Assembly (NCBI RefSeq): GCF_032191835.1
Contig: NC_083224.1
Coordinates: forward strand, 113,150,001 to 113,214,000
Reading direction: 5' to 3'
From: Heteronotia binoei
Taxonomy: Eukaryota
Length of the DNA: 64,000 bases
A model generated the notes under the pieces. It had not been told where the DNA came from. It worked only from the letters and a program-made list of their open reading frames with translations, and did no database searches. Each line of letters starts with the position of its first letter. Within the stretch, counting starts at the first letter, position 1. Below, in pieces: positions 34,340 to 48,100 of the stretch. A program made the translations under genes and the position numbers.

Positions 34340-34815
34340 TTTATTTATTTATTTATATTAAGATTTATACCCCGCCCTTCTCACCTAAGTGTCTCAGGGC
34401 GGCTTACAACATGATAAATTAGACAACTTCAGATTGAAACATTTAAAATACAATTAAACTATAGGTTAATAAAAAGCAGGATAAAATAGGATAATTAAAA
34501 CCGGCGGCCTATAAATACATTTTGTTCCATCCAGGATGTTTTCATTGTCAGTTAATGTCATAGGCCTGCCGGAAGAGGACTGTCTTACAGGCCCTGCGGA
34601 ATTGCCCTAGATCCCGCAGGGCCCGTACCTCTTCCGGCAGCTGGTTCCACCAGTAAGGTGCCGTTGTTGAGAAGGCCCGGTCCCTGGTGGATTTTAGACG
34701 GGCCTCCTTTGGCCCGGGGACTACCAACAGGTTTTGTGAGCCTGAGCGTAGTACTCTCTGGGGAACGTGTGGGGAGAGACGGTCCCTAAGGTAGGCAGGT
34801 CCTAGGCCATATAGG
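34340..34815 (-). mobile_element. L2 LINE 3' end
   Basis: ORF 34548..34856 YLRDRLSPHVPQRVLRS...RAFSTTAPYWWNQLP...FRRACKTVLF, plus 3' tail. Confidence 0.85.
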
Positions 34816-34887
34816 AAAATGTATGGGGTGAGAAAATGTATGGGGTGAGAAATCAAAACATTAGTTTTGATGAGAAATCAGTGTTAT

Positions 34888-35380
34888 TAGGGTTTGTAGA
34901 ATCTTTCGGGCTCAAGTGCCGTGTTCTACTGGAGAAAGATTTCCTTCCAGACGTTTCGTTCTCCGCTGCGCAGAACATCCTCAGTGGCGTTGCAGCCGGA
35001 GCAGGCGCTCTGACCTTCTTGGCTGCTGTGCATTGAGCGCACAGCAGCCAAGAAGGTCAGAGCGCCTGCTCCGGCTGCAACGCCACTGAGGATGTTCTCC
35101 GTAGCTGAACATATTATATTTATGAATCACCCAATCCCTGCTACTGCAGGGCTCTAGGCAATGCACACACAGTTCCACAGGGCCTGCTGTGCGCTCAATG
35201 CACAGCAGCCAAGAAGGTCAGAGCGCCTGCTCCGGCTGCAACGCCACTGAGGATGTTCTGCACAGCGGAGAACGAAACGTCTGGAAGGAAAACTTTCTCC
35301 AGTAGAACACGGCACTTGAGCTCGAAAGATTCTACAAACCCTAATGATGTTACCAGCCGTGAAAACCTGAAATCTTTGAT
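34888..35380. mobile_element. Penelope-type inverted pLTR insertion with three pLTR segments, a captured 81-bp genomic fragment and a 12-bp TSD
   Basis: TSD AATCAGTGTTAT at 34876-34887 and 35381-35392; same family as 15801-16120; hammerhead cores at 34947-34987(-) and 35244-35284(+). Confidence 0.85.
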
Positions 35381-36399
35381 AATCAGTGTTATGACTATTC
35401 ATATAACACTGATTCATTGGCTAGTTGTTAACATCCTCCTCCCCTTAAAGTAACAGATAGGTCACCTGAGATCTATAACAAAAGCCCACCAGTTGAGGAC
35501 CCCTGAGGAATCACAGGAGAGGAGGGACAATCTGGAAGTCCTCCTTCATTCAGGCTCCTCTAATCTCTAGGAGGAGAGATAAGGCTCCCACCCCCCTTAC
35601 CTGATAACTGACTGTAACATTCTGTTGGAACATATTATATTTATGAATCACCCAATCCCTGCTACTGCAGGGCTCTAGGCAATGCACACACAGTTCCACA
35701 GGGCCTGCAAAACGGCACTTTTCCACCACGCTTTTTCATAATGACATCTACAGCAATGAATTGGGCCCAGAAACACCACCAGTGGCTTGTCTGGAACCTC
35801 CAGAAGTTTAAAAATTGACCAGTCTGATTACCACCACTAATATCTTGTTGTTTGGATACATCAAATTAGCACCAGATGTTTTAAATGTTTTAATGTTTTT
35901 ATATTTAATATTGTTTATATTTACTGTTAAATGGTTGGGCATGCTATTGCTGACCCTCATATTGTTAGCCGCCCTGAGCCTGCCATGGCGGGGAGGGTGG
36001 GATATAAATTAAATAAATAAATATGTAAAACCACAGCAAAACATATTAGAAGCAAGTTTCAGGACATAGTAATCCAATGGCGAATAATAAATAACTCCAA
36101 TCCTGACTGCCAACTACATTCACAGGCAGGGAGGAAGAGGACAAAAAAGTGGAAAAAATAAAGAATCTTCAAGAGGTTATTAAAATCTGAAAGTCATATC
36201 TGAGAATTTTTAAAGTATACATTTTATTTCAAACATTTTTAATGTGGCCTTTCCATCCAATCAGGATCCACAAGGTGGCAAACATTAGACACATTAACAT
36301 TTAAACAATAAAAATATTTTTAAAATTGTAAAATGCAGTTAAAAACATACAAACAGTACTAGGAGGATCAATAATCATAATTGGGTGTATGCCAGACAA

Positions 36400-37040
36400 A
36401 CAAAACTGCACCTGCTGGTGAAAGACAATGACAGAGCGAGACAGATGAATCTCTCTAGGGAGAGAGTCCCAACATTTCTGAAGTTGCCATCTGCTTAGCT
36501 TCAGGGCCTCTGAAGATGACCGGAGTGTATGGTGAAGGTGGTCCTATTGGTCCCAGGCTGTACAGGGCTTTAAACAGCAGTAATCTAATCTAGATTTTAT
36601 CAGGACCAGCACCACAGTGGCAATTTTTATGTTCTTATGTTATGTTCACCCGGTTTTTTGGCCACTGTGTGACACAGTGTTGGATTGGATGGGCCATTGG
36701 CCTGATCCAAAATGGCTTCTCTTATGTTATGTTCACCCAGTTTTTTTGGCCACTGTGTGACACAGAGTGTTGGACTGGATGGGCCATTGGCCTGATCCAA
36801 CATGGCTTCTCTTATGTTCTTACCAGCATCCTGAATTGAGCCTGGACGCAAATTGGAAGCCACTATAGATGGCACAATCCTGAAGTGATATAGTTTCTAT
36901 GACTTAGTCCAGTCAAAACTCTGGCTGCAGCATTCTGCACCAATTGTAACTTCCTAACTGTCTTCAAGGGCAGCCGCATGTAAAGTGTATTGCAGTAATC
37001 TAATCTAGATGTTATCAGGACCAGCACCACAGTGGCAATT
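36400..37040 (-). mobile_element. Old L2 fragment interrupted by tandem CR1 3' ends
   Basis: gcagcattctgcaccaattg...gtcttcaagggcag...tgcagtaatctaatctagatg, reverse-complement L2 ORF2 sequence. Confidence 0.6.
36629..36820 (+). mobile_element. Two tandem CR1 3' termini
   Basis: (tttttggccactgtgtgacacag..tggactggatgggccattggcctgatcca..atggcttctcttatgtt) x2; same terminus as 46090-46189. Confidence 0.85.
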
Positions 37041-39030
37041 TTTTTTTTGCCCAGACCTTGTGTGTGGGAGGTTCAGGTTTGCCACTTTTCATTATCCACA
37101 TGGACTCTAATATTTACTGTGAGATACAGCAATCAAAACATAGACTTTATCTTTCCTTGTATTACACAAGTACTTTGATGAGCCACTAGTATTGGGTAAT
37201 TCTATCATCACCTTTCTCTCTTCAGCAATAACCTTGCAAACACATTTTAGCCTTTCCTCTGGCAATATAAACGACAGAATCCAAGATGCAGCTTATAAAC
37301 AAAGTCATATTAAATGGTGAAGCCTTCCATTTTAGGTTGGCATAACTGGGGATTATCTTATTTATCAACTTCATGGAGTATGTTACGCCAAGATCCACAT
37401 CATGAGCTTCAGAGCTGAGTTGGGGCTCTAACCATATTTTCTCACACCCTACTTTTATTCATTTCCCCCATTCTATAGACCTGCAAAAAGTGCACTTGTA
37501 ATAGTTAAGCAGGTCACTTGATGAGGATCTGTACAGAAATACAGATTTGGCTATTTTATGTTGCACAGCGTTGATGTATAACTTGGTTTAAATGTATTGG
37601 TATAGGATTTTTTTTCCTTTTGGTTGCAGCATTAACTTTCTCCAAATGTACTATTTGGTATTCTGCCAAGGAGACACATGTTGATAGGATATACAAAAAT
37701 CATACTAAACAACTTCAGTCACAATAAGAGTTCAATGGTATCTTAAAAATTAATGGAATTTGTTGTGGCATAACATTCCTTGGTCCAGAGACAAAGTAGG
37801 CTGTGGCTCAAGAAACTTATGCCAGAAGAGGTTTGTTTGTCTTAAAGTCACGATGTTTGGGTTACTTAAACAATGATGTACTTAATAACTAGTAAGCACA
37901 ATGTCTTCTATCTGCCCTCCAAGAGCATTTAATACTTCCGTAGTCTGATGTGCTGCAAAGTAACAAGTATTTGCTTATGCAATTAATTAATAGCTTGTAA
38001 ATGTTTACTTATTGCACCATCAATATTGCCTGACTACAAGCAAATCCATTTTTGTCTGATAGGCTATGGTGGGAACAATCTGGTTATTGGATACATACAA
38101 TACTTGTTCCATTACATAAGACCAAGTTTACAGTCCTTCTCTAGATACAAGTATGAGTCACACAAAACTTTTAAAACAGCTGTATCCTAGCTACAAATAC
38201 CAACAAAATGTGTCAGTTTACATAACAGATGCAACTACTAATTTAGGGTCAAATTACTTGCATAAGGACAAGAATTTCAAATACAACAATCTTTTTGTTT
38301 GCCATGCAAAGCAAAACGTTAATAAGATGGGTACAAGGACTATTGCTTGAATTCAGCATCATGAAATGAATGGAGGTGTCCCAGTGTATCAAATACCAAA
38401 GAAACTGTCATCACACATTGACCGTGAAAGGACTGCTATAATTGCACTTAAAAAACTGATCCCAAGCACCCAAGAATCCACAGACAATTGTGGGAAAGGG
38501 CAGTGAGTAGGAAGCATAACCAGCAAAGTATAATCAATCACAGTTGATTGTCACTGATCTCATAATGCCAGAAATAAGATGTTGACTAGTATGCTGCGAG
38601 TACTGGTGCAGCAGGCACTCATAGAATCAGGTTATGACTGCAAGAATGGATGTTGCTCGATATATTATCCTTCCTAATAATCTTTTTTCCCCCCGTTCCT
38701 GTCATTAAGATTTTAAGAATCAAGATTTTGCAGGGTCCACATTACAAACCAGCAACTGATCCAACTCTGTGAGATTCATAAAGCCATATTCCTTCTCCCT
38801 TGACATCAAGCCCATGTAGTGTTCCCAGGAGCCAATAAAGTTTATAAGTAGTACCTCTTACACTCACTCACACAAAGCAGTTCAAATAATCATGGTAGCA
38901 CAAGGAGCAGTGTTCCGCTTTCCCCATAAAAATCTGGCCCAACCCCTTCTGAAATTAATGGAGGTTGCACAGCAGTCGTATTTGATGGATTATTCCCATT
39001 CTCTTCTGAGAATTTCCAGTCCCGGGCTGC

Positions 39031-39179
39031 TTACCTCAAGCAGACATATTCATCAGACCAGTCCAAACAGTGCTGTACTCCATCTCTGCAAAGACTCCTG
39101 GGAATGCAGGCACAGTATTCATGGAAGACTGCCATGGTGCATCTCCACCACTGAGGGCCACAAGGAGGACAACTGGCCC
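39031..39179 (-). CDS. LDLRAD1: LDLRAD1 coding exon 6 (last)
   Basis: ASCPPCGPQWWRC...CIPRSLCRDGVQHCLDWSDEYVCLR*. Confidence 0.93.
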
Positions 39180-42100
39180 CTGACATGAAAAAAAAAGTAA
39201 CCAATGTACTGTTTCCCTCCCTAAAGTTACCCTGCAGCCTTATATTGGCCAAAAATGACCATCTTGCAAAACAGTCCTAAACCTCCATTATTTCTCAGAA
39301 GGCCATTTTAATTGGCTACTACAACTACTATTTAATATGAAATAAAATCTGGAGTGTACTGGTGTTAACACAGACTACAAAAAGTACATCAGAGCAGCAG
39401 CAAGCCAATTTGATTTCTATGGGGGAAAGAAATTAGGCACTGAACATGAAACAATATTTCACCAAATTCTCATGAAGACATTGAACCAAGGTTACTGTAT
39501 TCTGCTGAAGTTATCCTTTCATTCTTTCAACAGCCTCCTCTCAAATTCTGCCTCCAGAGATCACTTTTAAACATTTCTTAGCAACTAGATATTATTGGAA
39601 AACTCTCAGTCTGCATACAGAATAAGGGAAGCAGAACACGTTGTTATAATACCAAGAGCTGCTACAGGTAGTGGAAGGAAATGCCAGGTAGCAGTTCCTT
39701 TTGTGTGCCTTCAGCAGTGAGAAAGTGGTACAGAGCACCTAGAGCTTGTTGCAGTCCTTGAAAGAGGCAGGTCCTTCCCTATTCATTAAACATGAAAATG
39801 CAGAATATAAATGAAAATATTCTCTGTAAGTTAAGAAAGTAGGCAAGAAATGAACACCACCCTACCAGACCATCTGCCCAGCACATCTCATGTATCACTG
39901 CCTTGAGCCTGCTTCGGCTGGGAGGGCAGGATATAAGCCAAATAAATAAATAACATAAAACAGTTTGCATGCCTTATAAAGAAGGAACTTACAGGTCCCT
40001 GTTTCATCAGAGCAATCTCCACAGTCATTCATCCTATCACATCTTTTGTCAGCATAGATCCAAAACCTGGGGTTGCCACAATAAAATATGAGGTGTCCTG
40101 GAAGGCTGTTGGGCAAATCACCTACAAGAAGAGAAACCTAAGTATATTAAGCCATCCTAGCATGGTGTTTAATATGCAGTAGGACAAAATATCAGTAATT
40201 TAAAATGTACTAATTATTCATCAGTCTTATTAGTAATAATTTATGTGGATTCTTATCATAAAACAGCTTAAATTTGTTCACCTGTTTTAAAAGCAAGTTT
40301 ATAAATGTTTTGGTTATCTGAAGGGAATTATTCCTATCATTTTGTAAGTGGTAAATGACAGGCAGCCAGTGATGATGTAACTCACACTATTTTGTTATGT
40401 CAACTTAATCTCTCCACAGTGCAGTCTTTTGCTTTAAAAGAGCTTTGCCATGTTTTATTTTAATTACAAGGATGATGCTATGAGACCTGCAAAGGTAGGC
40501 AGATGTTGAAGTATTTAAGTTCTGTGAAAACAGGAGCTGAAGTAGTTCACATCCTAATGGGAAAAAAGTCTTATGGTTATGTTGATCTCTTAACAGATAA
40601 TACTGCTTCATTCTATAACTGTCACTGAGGTTGGAATTATCAGCTGATGAGGAATTCATTTTCTTGCTTGCTGTCTTCACTACTCACATACAAGAGCTGC
40701 AGCAATTAACCGCTTACACTTGACAAAAGCAGAAGACCCTCAAGTTTTCTATTTTTCTCTCTGAGTGCCTTTGCTATGGTGTGACACCTTATAAAACTTC
40801 TGAGAAATATTGGGGAGCAAATGGGCAAGTGACATGGGCCAGCTATGAGAAGACAGAGTGAAGTATGAGTCTTACTGCATAATGACTCTTGCTCATCCTC
40901 CCCATTTGCACAGTTTCTTCGGTGATCACAGACCTGGCTGGCAGGAATGCAGGCCTCTCTGTCATCACATAAAAAGCCCGTCTGATTAATGGTGGTAACA
41001 CACAAGCGATTCACTGAGGAGAGATTTTGAAAAAAAATTGATACAAATAGACATTTTGCAGATCTCATCAATCAACTCGCCACCAACCCTTGTAACAAAT
41101 CCTACAGATGTAGCCAAAAAATAGGATAATGTAACACCTTAAAGTCTTAACAAATTTAGTGTGACATAAGCATTAATGGAGCACAAGGTTTAATGGAACT
41201 CACTTCATCAGGAGCACGAAGTGTTACCTGGCAATAGGTGACAAACTTCTATATATTGCGTTTTAACCCCACCCCTCCTCTAGAGAGCTCAAAGTGGCTC
41301 ACCTTGTTCTTCTTTTCTGCATTTTATCCTCACAGTTTCCTTGTGATACAGGCTAGGCAGAAAGGCCATGTCCAAGGCCATGAAGGTATGTAATAGCCAA
41401 AACCTTAATCTGAGCCTAGTTAACTGATGGGCAATCAGCTGAGTGACAACAGAATGGGAGTAATACATGTGGCTCTGTCTGTCTAGATTTTGATAATAGC
41501 TGCAGCATTCTGCACCAACTGGAGCTTCCAAACGGATTTTGAAGGGAGATAAATGTGCAGTGCATTATAGTAGTCTGCACTTGATGTTGCTGTGGCATAG
41601 ATCCAGGATCAAAGTTGAGGGCCATTTTTGGGGCTAGCCTGGTAAAAAGTGCTTTTTGCTGCTATGTTAACTTGCTTCTCCAGTAATAAAGTTGGATCCA
41701 GTATATCCTCAAAGCTCTTAAGTAGGTCAGCTGAACTTCATCAAAAGTGAGGAGCATAAAAGGTCCTTCAAGATCTCCACCTAGAAGGTACTTTCATTCA
41801 CTGCTGGTGGTCCTGCCCAGTTGTGAAATCTTTTTGGACTGTGATTTTGACAAAAATCAAAACTATCACGGGTTATGACTTACCTTCAAAACTGGGACTT
41901 ATTTTACTGGATTGCTTGACTGGCTTTTCAATCACTGCACTGAGCAAATCTTTGATATCTTCACTACTTGCTGCTGCCAAAATGGTTCTAGCCCAGTTTT
42001 GGAGATCTCCAAATTCCCCATCCTTAAAACTTTGGTTTGCAAAAATCTGGGAGGTATATGCTATGGATAAGACTGAAGATAGTTTGAAACCTATAATGGA

Positions 42101-45100
42101 CTCAGATAGTGACAGCTCCCCAATCTACAAATGGTTGCCTTTTTCTAGAATGTTCCTTTTGCAAAAATCTGGGAGGTATATGCTATGGATAAGACTGAAG
42201 ATAGTTTGAAACCTATAACAGACTCAGATAGTGACAACTCCCCAATCTACAAATGGTTGCCTTTTTCTAGAATTTTCTTTTGCCCATTCAGATTCCTTAA
42301 AGTCGAATATTCCCTGCAGATATTATGATATTATTAATCTAATGTAAGAGAAGTTGTTTTGACATTGGCTTTGTATTAACTTGATAATCTCGCTGCCAGT
42401 TGAGTTTATGTTTTGTTTTTGTTTATTAGATTGTTTGTCTTTCTTGACTTTCTATGAATTGTCTCTGACTATATGGTCATTGATTATTCTGAAACTGCTT
42501 TTATTGGTTTTAATAAAATGTTAAATTAAAAAAAAAAAGATCTCCACCTTCTCAACCAGCATTACCTCTGCCTTTTCAGGGTTTAATTTCAGCTTGTTCA
42601 CTCTTAGTCAATTTACCATAATAGCCAGAACCACGTAGAATAAATTTCAGACTTTGAAAGCTACAAAACATGATCAAATATTACACACATATCTTTATTA
42701 AAACTCTTAATACTTCCTTTGCACAGAAAGATAAAATGCATATGTAAGCACTTTAAAATGCTAGACCAGGGGTGGCCAACGGTAGCTCTCCAGATGTTTT
42801 TTGCCTACAACTCCCATCAGCCACAGCCATTGGCCATGCTGGCTGGGGCTGATGGGAGTTGTAGGCAAAAAAACATCTGGAGAGCTACTGTTGGCCACCC
42901 CTGCGCTAGACCATACACTTGACCATGCTAGAAGGAGACTTTAAAAAAAAACAGAAGATGGGAATAACAGTCCCCATAAGATTAGCATAGGGAAATCACT
43001 AACTACTGTTTGCATTATTATGCATCTCTCTTTGCCTTGACACCAAGGTTAGTAAATACAGTTCCTACAAGAGCTTTGAAACTAAGGGGGAATCTTGCAC
43101 TTCCTCTTTAATTCCGCCCCTCCTTCCAGTGGCTCCCTCTGCTCTTGTGCTCTCTCTTTCCCTGCTCTAGGTCTCTGAGTGACCTCTGTGGTGGAGAAGA
43201 GCTTGCAAAGATGCCTATTTTCCCCTCCTTCTCCACTTCACACATGGCAGAAATAGTCACCTACCTATGGGTCAGCACCCAGAAGCTGACTGAGGTCCCA
43301 CACTTACTTGAGGGTAAGCCTGTATTTAATTCCTCCTCAAACTCTGGGAGCCACAAAATATGTGTGAAAGAGCTGCATCTGGCTCCTGAGCCACAGTTTG
43401 GCCAGCCCTGAGCTGTACCAACTGAGGGCAGCACTTCATGCATCTGATGAAATGGACTCAAGTCAACAAAATCTTATACCATAAGAAATCTGTCAGTCTT
43501 TTATTGTACATCTCCTAGAGTGCAGCATTAGCTGGGATATGGAATAATAATAATAATAGCAGTACTACAGGACTCCTTTTGGTTTATGTAGACTGTACAA
43601 GACAGTGTTTTTTGCAAGTAATCCAGATTTAATATAAAATACTACTTGACACATCTAATATTTATCAACCTAGAATATCTTATGTTCTTTTGTCTCTTTG
43701 TTAAAGAATGAAAACTGTTTAATATGAACAATAAAAAGGTGTGTTGAAAGGACAACACATCCTACAATACATTTTTACTTCCCAGAAGGTACCAATATGA
43801 CAGCAGAAATTCTACATTGGGACAGATCAGTCCACTTCTCCCGTTTCACATGCTTTCAAACTGTCCATGCAGACTGTCCATATGAAGATAACTGCCTGGA
43901 TACAGTAAGCCAGTGATCACACTGAGACTTCCTGCTGGTGACTTGCATGAGTCCATTTTCTTAAGCTGCTATGCTCACATGATTTGCAGCAGAGATGCAG
44001 TACTGCATTAGACTTTCTCTTGTGGCTACATCCATGGCAATGCTCTACTTAGAGAATGCTGGAACTCTGAACCAGCCCTTGTGCACACTATGAAATATGC
44101 AATGGAACTATGGTAAAATGCAGTCATATACAAGTTTCACTAGGTTATAGATATTTTTCAGGGAGCAGAACATAACATAAAATGGAATGGTAACAGAATG
44201 ATGCCACAAATGTTGTAGGTGTTTCACTGTGCAATAACACTAAAACATCAGAACCCACACTTTATGAACTGTTCACTGCCAGACCTCTTGAAAAAGGCTT
44301 CTTGCCTGCCCTTCATTTGTCCTCCTAATTTGTCCCCCCAATCAAAAACTAGACACCGAACATTTGACATGTTGAATGTGTTGCTGCAATTATTCCTTGC
44401 AAATGGCTTAATGATAATAATTTTTCAAAAGCTAGCATTGACTGACCTGGTGTAGATGGAGGGATTCCAATAGTAGCAATCAATACAATGATAACAGTTA
44501 TGATGCCAACTATAAGCAGAGCGACAGCAGAGATACAGATGCATCGTCGGGTACAAGGGATGCACATGGAGTCATCCTTGCAGCAGCCTGGTAGATCACA
44601 AGTAAAGTATCTGTTACAAAGAGAAGACTTTAGACCAGGGGTGTCAAACATGTGGTCTGAGGGCTGGATCAGGCCCCTGGAAGGGTCCTATCAGGCCTGC
44701 AAGCAACTGGCTGTCACCTGCTTCCTTCTCCCTCTCTCTTGCTTCCTTCTGCATCACAGCTTGCTTTGCCAGGCTTCCTCAATCACACAGGAGCTATGGA
44801 GCAAAGCCTCTATTTTCTCTATTGGGTGAGGCTCCTCCCTTGGGGAGGAAGGGGGGGGAGGGATAGCTTGCTTTCTCAGTAGTGCTACCTGTTCCATGTG
44901 CAGGGCTGGAGAGACAAGCACAAATTAAAAGTCTCAATGTGTGGATGAGATGATGGTGTACGGAGGAAAGGTTTAAGTTTGTTAGACACTGGGATGTTTT
45001 CTGGAACAAGCGGGAGATGTACAAAGGAGACGGTCTCCACTTGCCCCCAGATGGAACCAGGCTGCTGGCGCTTAAAATCAAAAAGGTGGCAGAGCAGTTT

Positions 45101-48100
45101 TTAAACTAAATCTTGGGCAGTCTTCACAGTGGAGGACGGTAATCAGTGGAGTGCCGCAGAGCTCAGTACTGGGTCCCATGCTCTTTAACTTGTTCATAAA
45201 TGATTTGGAGTTGAGAGTAAGCAGTGAAGTGGCCAAGTTTGCAGATGACACTAAATTGTTCAGGGTGGTGAGAACCAGAGAGGATTGTGAGGAACTCCAA
45301 AAGGATCTGTTGAGGCTGGGTGAGTGGGCGTCAACGTGGCAGATGAGGTTCAATGTGGCCAAGTGCAAAGTAATGCACATTGGGGCCAAGAATCCCAGCT
45401 ACAAATACAAGTTGATGGGGTGTGAACTGGCAGAGACTGACCAAGAGAGAGATCTTGGGGTCGTGGTAGATAACTCACTGAAAATGTCAAGACAGTGTGC
45501 GGTTGCAATAAAAAAGGCCAATGCCATGCTGGGAATTATTAGGAAGGGAATTGAAAACAAATCAGCCAGTATCATAATGCCCCTGTATAAATCGATGGTG
45601 CGGTCTCATTTGGAATACTGTGTGCAATTCTGGTTACCGCACCTCAAAAAGGATAGCATTGGGAAAAGTGCAGAAAAGGGCAACTAGAATGATTAAAGGT
45701 TTGGAACACTTAGCCTAAGAAGAAAGGTTAAAATGCTTGGGGCTCTTTAGCTTGGAGAAACGTTGACTGCAGGGTGACATGATAGAGGTTTACAAGATTA
45801 TGCATGGGATGGAGAAGGTAGAGAAAGAAGTACTTTTCTCTCTTTCTCACAATACATGAACTCATGGGCATTCCATGAAATTGCTGAACAGTTGGGTTAG
45901 AATGGATAAAAGGAGGTACTTCTTCACCCAAAGGGTGATTAACATGTGGAATTTACTGCCATAGGAGGTGGTAGCAGCTACAAGCATAGCCAGCTTCAAG
46001 AGGGTGTTAGATAAAAATATGGAGCAGAGGTCCATCATTGGCTATTAGCCACAGTATGTGTGTGTGTGTATTTATTGTGTGTGTGTATATATTTATTATA
46101 AATAAATAAAATTTTTGGCCACTGTGTGACACAGAGTGTTGGACTGGATGGGCCATTGGCCTGATCCAACATGGCTTCTCTTATGTTCTTTGCCAGGCTC
46201 TCTCAATCGCACAGCAGAGCCAACTGAGCTAAGCCTCTCTTTCTTCTATTGGCCAAGGTTCCTCAGAGTAAGAGTTGTCAGAGACTGTTAAATAAACAAA
46301 ATATTGTAAGAGTGGTAATGTTTTAAGCATGTTTTATATTAAGCTTTTTAAAAAAAAATTGTGTTTGCCTGTGTCCTTTATAAAGTTTATATTTCAACTA
46401 CCTGGCATTACAGTTTATGACACACAAAGTCCCATTTATGTCAGATCCAGCCCTTGTGACAAATGAGTTTGACACCCCTGCTTTAGACCAACTTCAAGTA
46501 AAACCTCACATGGATTTTGAAGGAAAAATTCACAATCAAGATGTTTCCTTCTTCTAATTCCTCTTACTATTCCTTCAGGGAAAATCACATAACATCACCC
46601 CATATAACTACTACCTGTGCCTAGCAAAGATTAGAAAATTCACTTTAACCTGACCCAGAAATACCTATTTTCTACAATATATACTACCCCCTGGATCATG
46701 GTCCGCCAATCTTTTTGAGCCTGCAGTCACGCTTGGAATTCAGACACTGGATGGTGGGTGAAACTTCAAAATGGCTACCATAAGAGGCAGAGTCAACCAC
46801 AAAATTTCATTGAGTGAGGTCATGCTTAACTCTAATATTTACTCTTCAATATTTCAGGCAGAAGCTCGAACAGAATAGCTTATAAAAATAACATTGTTTA
46901 AAAATATTTTCATGCATACATTTTCAGTCATATAGTGAAAATCCTTGTGCTGTGATGTCAGCTGCTGCTGCTGAAGCAACTTCTTAAAAATCAACACAGC
47001 CAATCAGAAGCCATGCTGGGCAAAAGTCCCACCTGGCCCTGCTCATTTTCTAAAAATACTTGGCAAGTGCCAGGAAAGGTGTCTGTGGGCACCGCAGCAC
47101 CCACAGAAATCAAGTTGGGGATAGGGCATGCAGCGCAGGACTCTGCCACGGAGGTCCCTGCAATGTGGACTTATGGCTGTGTTAGTTCCAGCAGGCGAGG
47201 TTATGCGGCGGTACTCAGGATTGGGCTGCCCAAGGCTTAGCGTGGCACTTACAGACTTGTTTTCCTTATCTCTGAACAACAATATTGGGTGGGGAGCAGT
47301 ACTAGATATATGGGTTATGATCTGAGGCATCTAATATTCTGAGGGCATGATTTCCTAAATCTTTTTATTTTAGAAAGTATTATCTGTGGAAGTCAAACCG
47401 TGCAAACATCTCCCCCTTGCCTTTCAACCCTCCAGTAGAAATCCATCACTATCATCCACACACAGCCAAGATATATCATTAGTCCATTTTGTGAAGCTGC
47501 CACGGAGGGAGGATTAGATCTTAGCAGCTGTTTTTTACCCTTCACCAATCCCTCTCCCCTCTCTCCCACAAGAGCTCATATTTGCCTTTAGAGTCTCAAA
47601 AACCATCACTGCCATCCTTTTACGAGATATTTAAGAATTAGTTCTATCAAGAAATACCACAGTCTTTTTTTCTAAAATCTTTCTACTAGAAAATGTCTAC
47701 TGTGAAAAGTTGTAGACAGAAATGAACAAATTGATCTGAAACAGTGAAGTAAACACTCCTGCTAAGTTCCACACTATTGTCATACACACAGACCCTGCTC
47801 TATAATTTAAATGGAGGTGGTAAATCCTTGACAAATACTGCAACTAAAGTATAACGATTAAATTAAGGTACATTTCATGATGTTTCTGGACGGTTCTGGA
47901 TCTCCTGCACAGAGAATGCTACTTTTCAGTGAATGAAAGGCATTCTGTTTATTTTTTCCATATTTATCCATAATTAGCCAATTTTTAGACCAAACTATAA
48001 AAACACAAGATGGTAATTTATATGTATATTACATTCTTAAAATATTTCCATTATTTTGTATTTTTTGAACATGCCTTTGTGTCCATTATTTATATATTAC

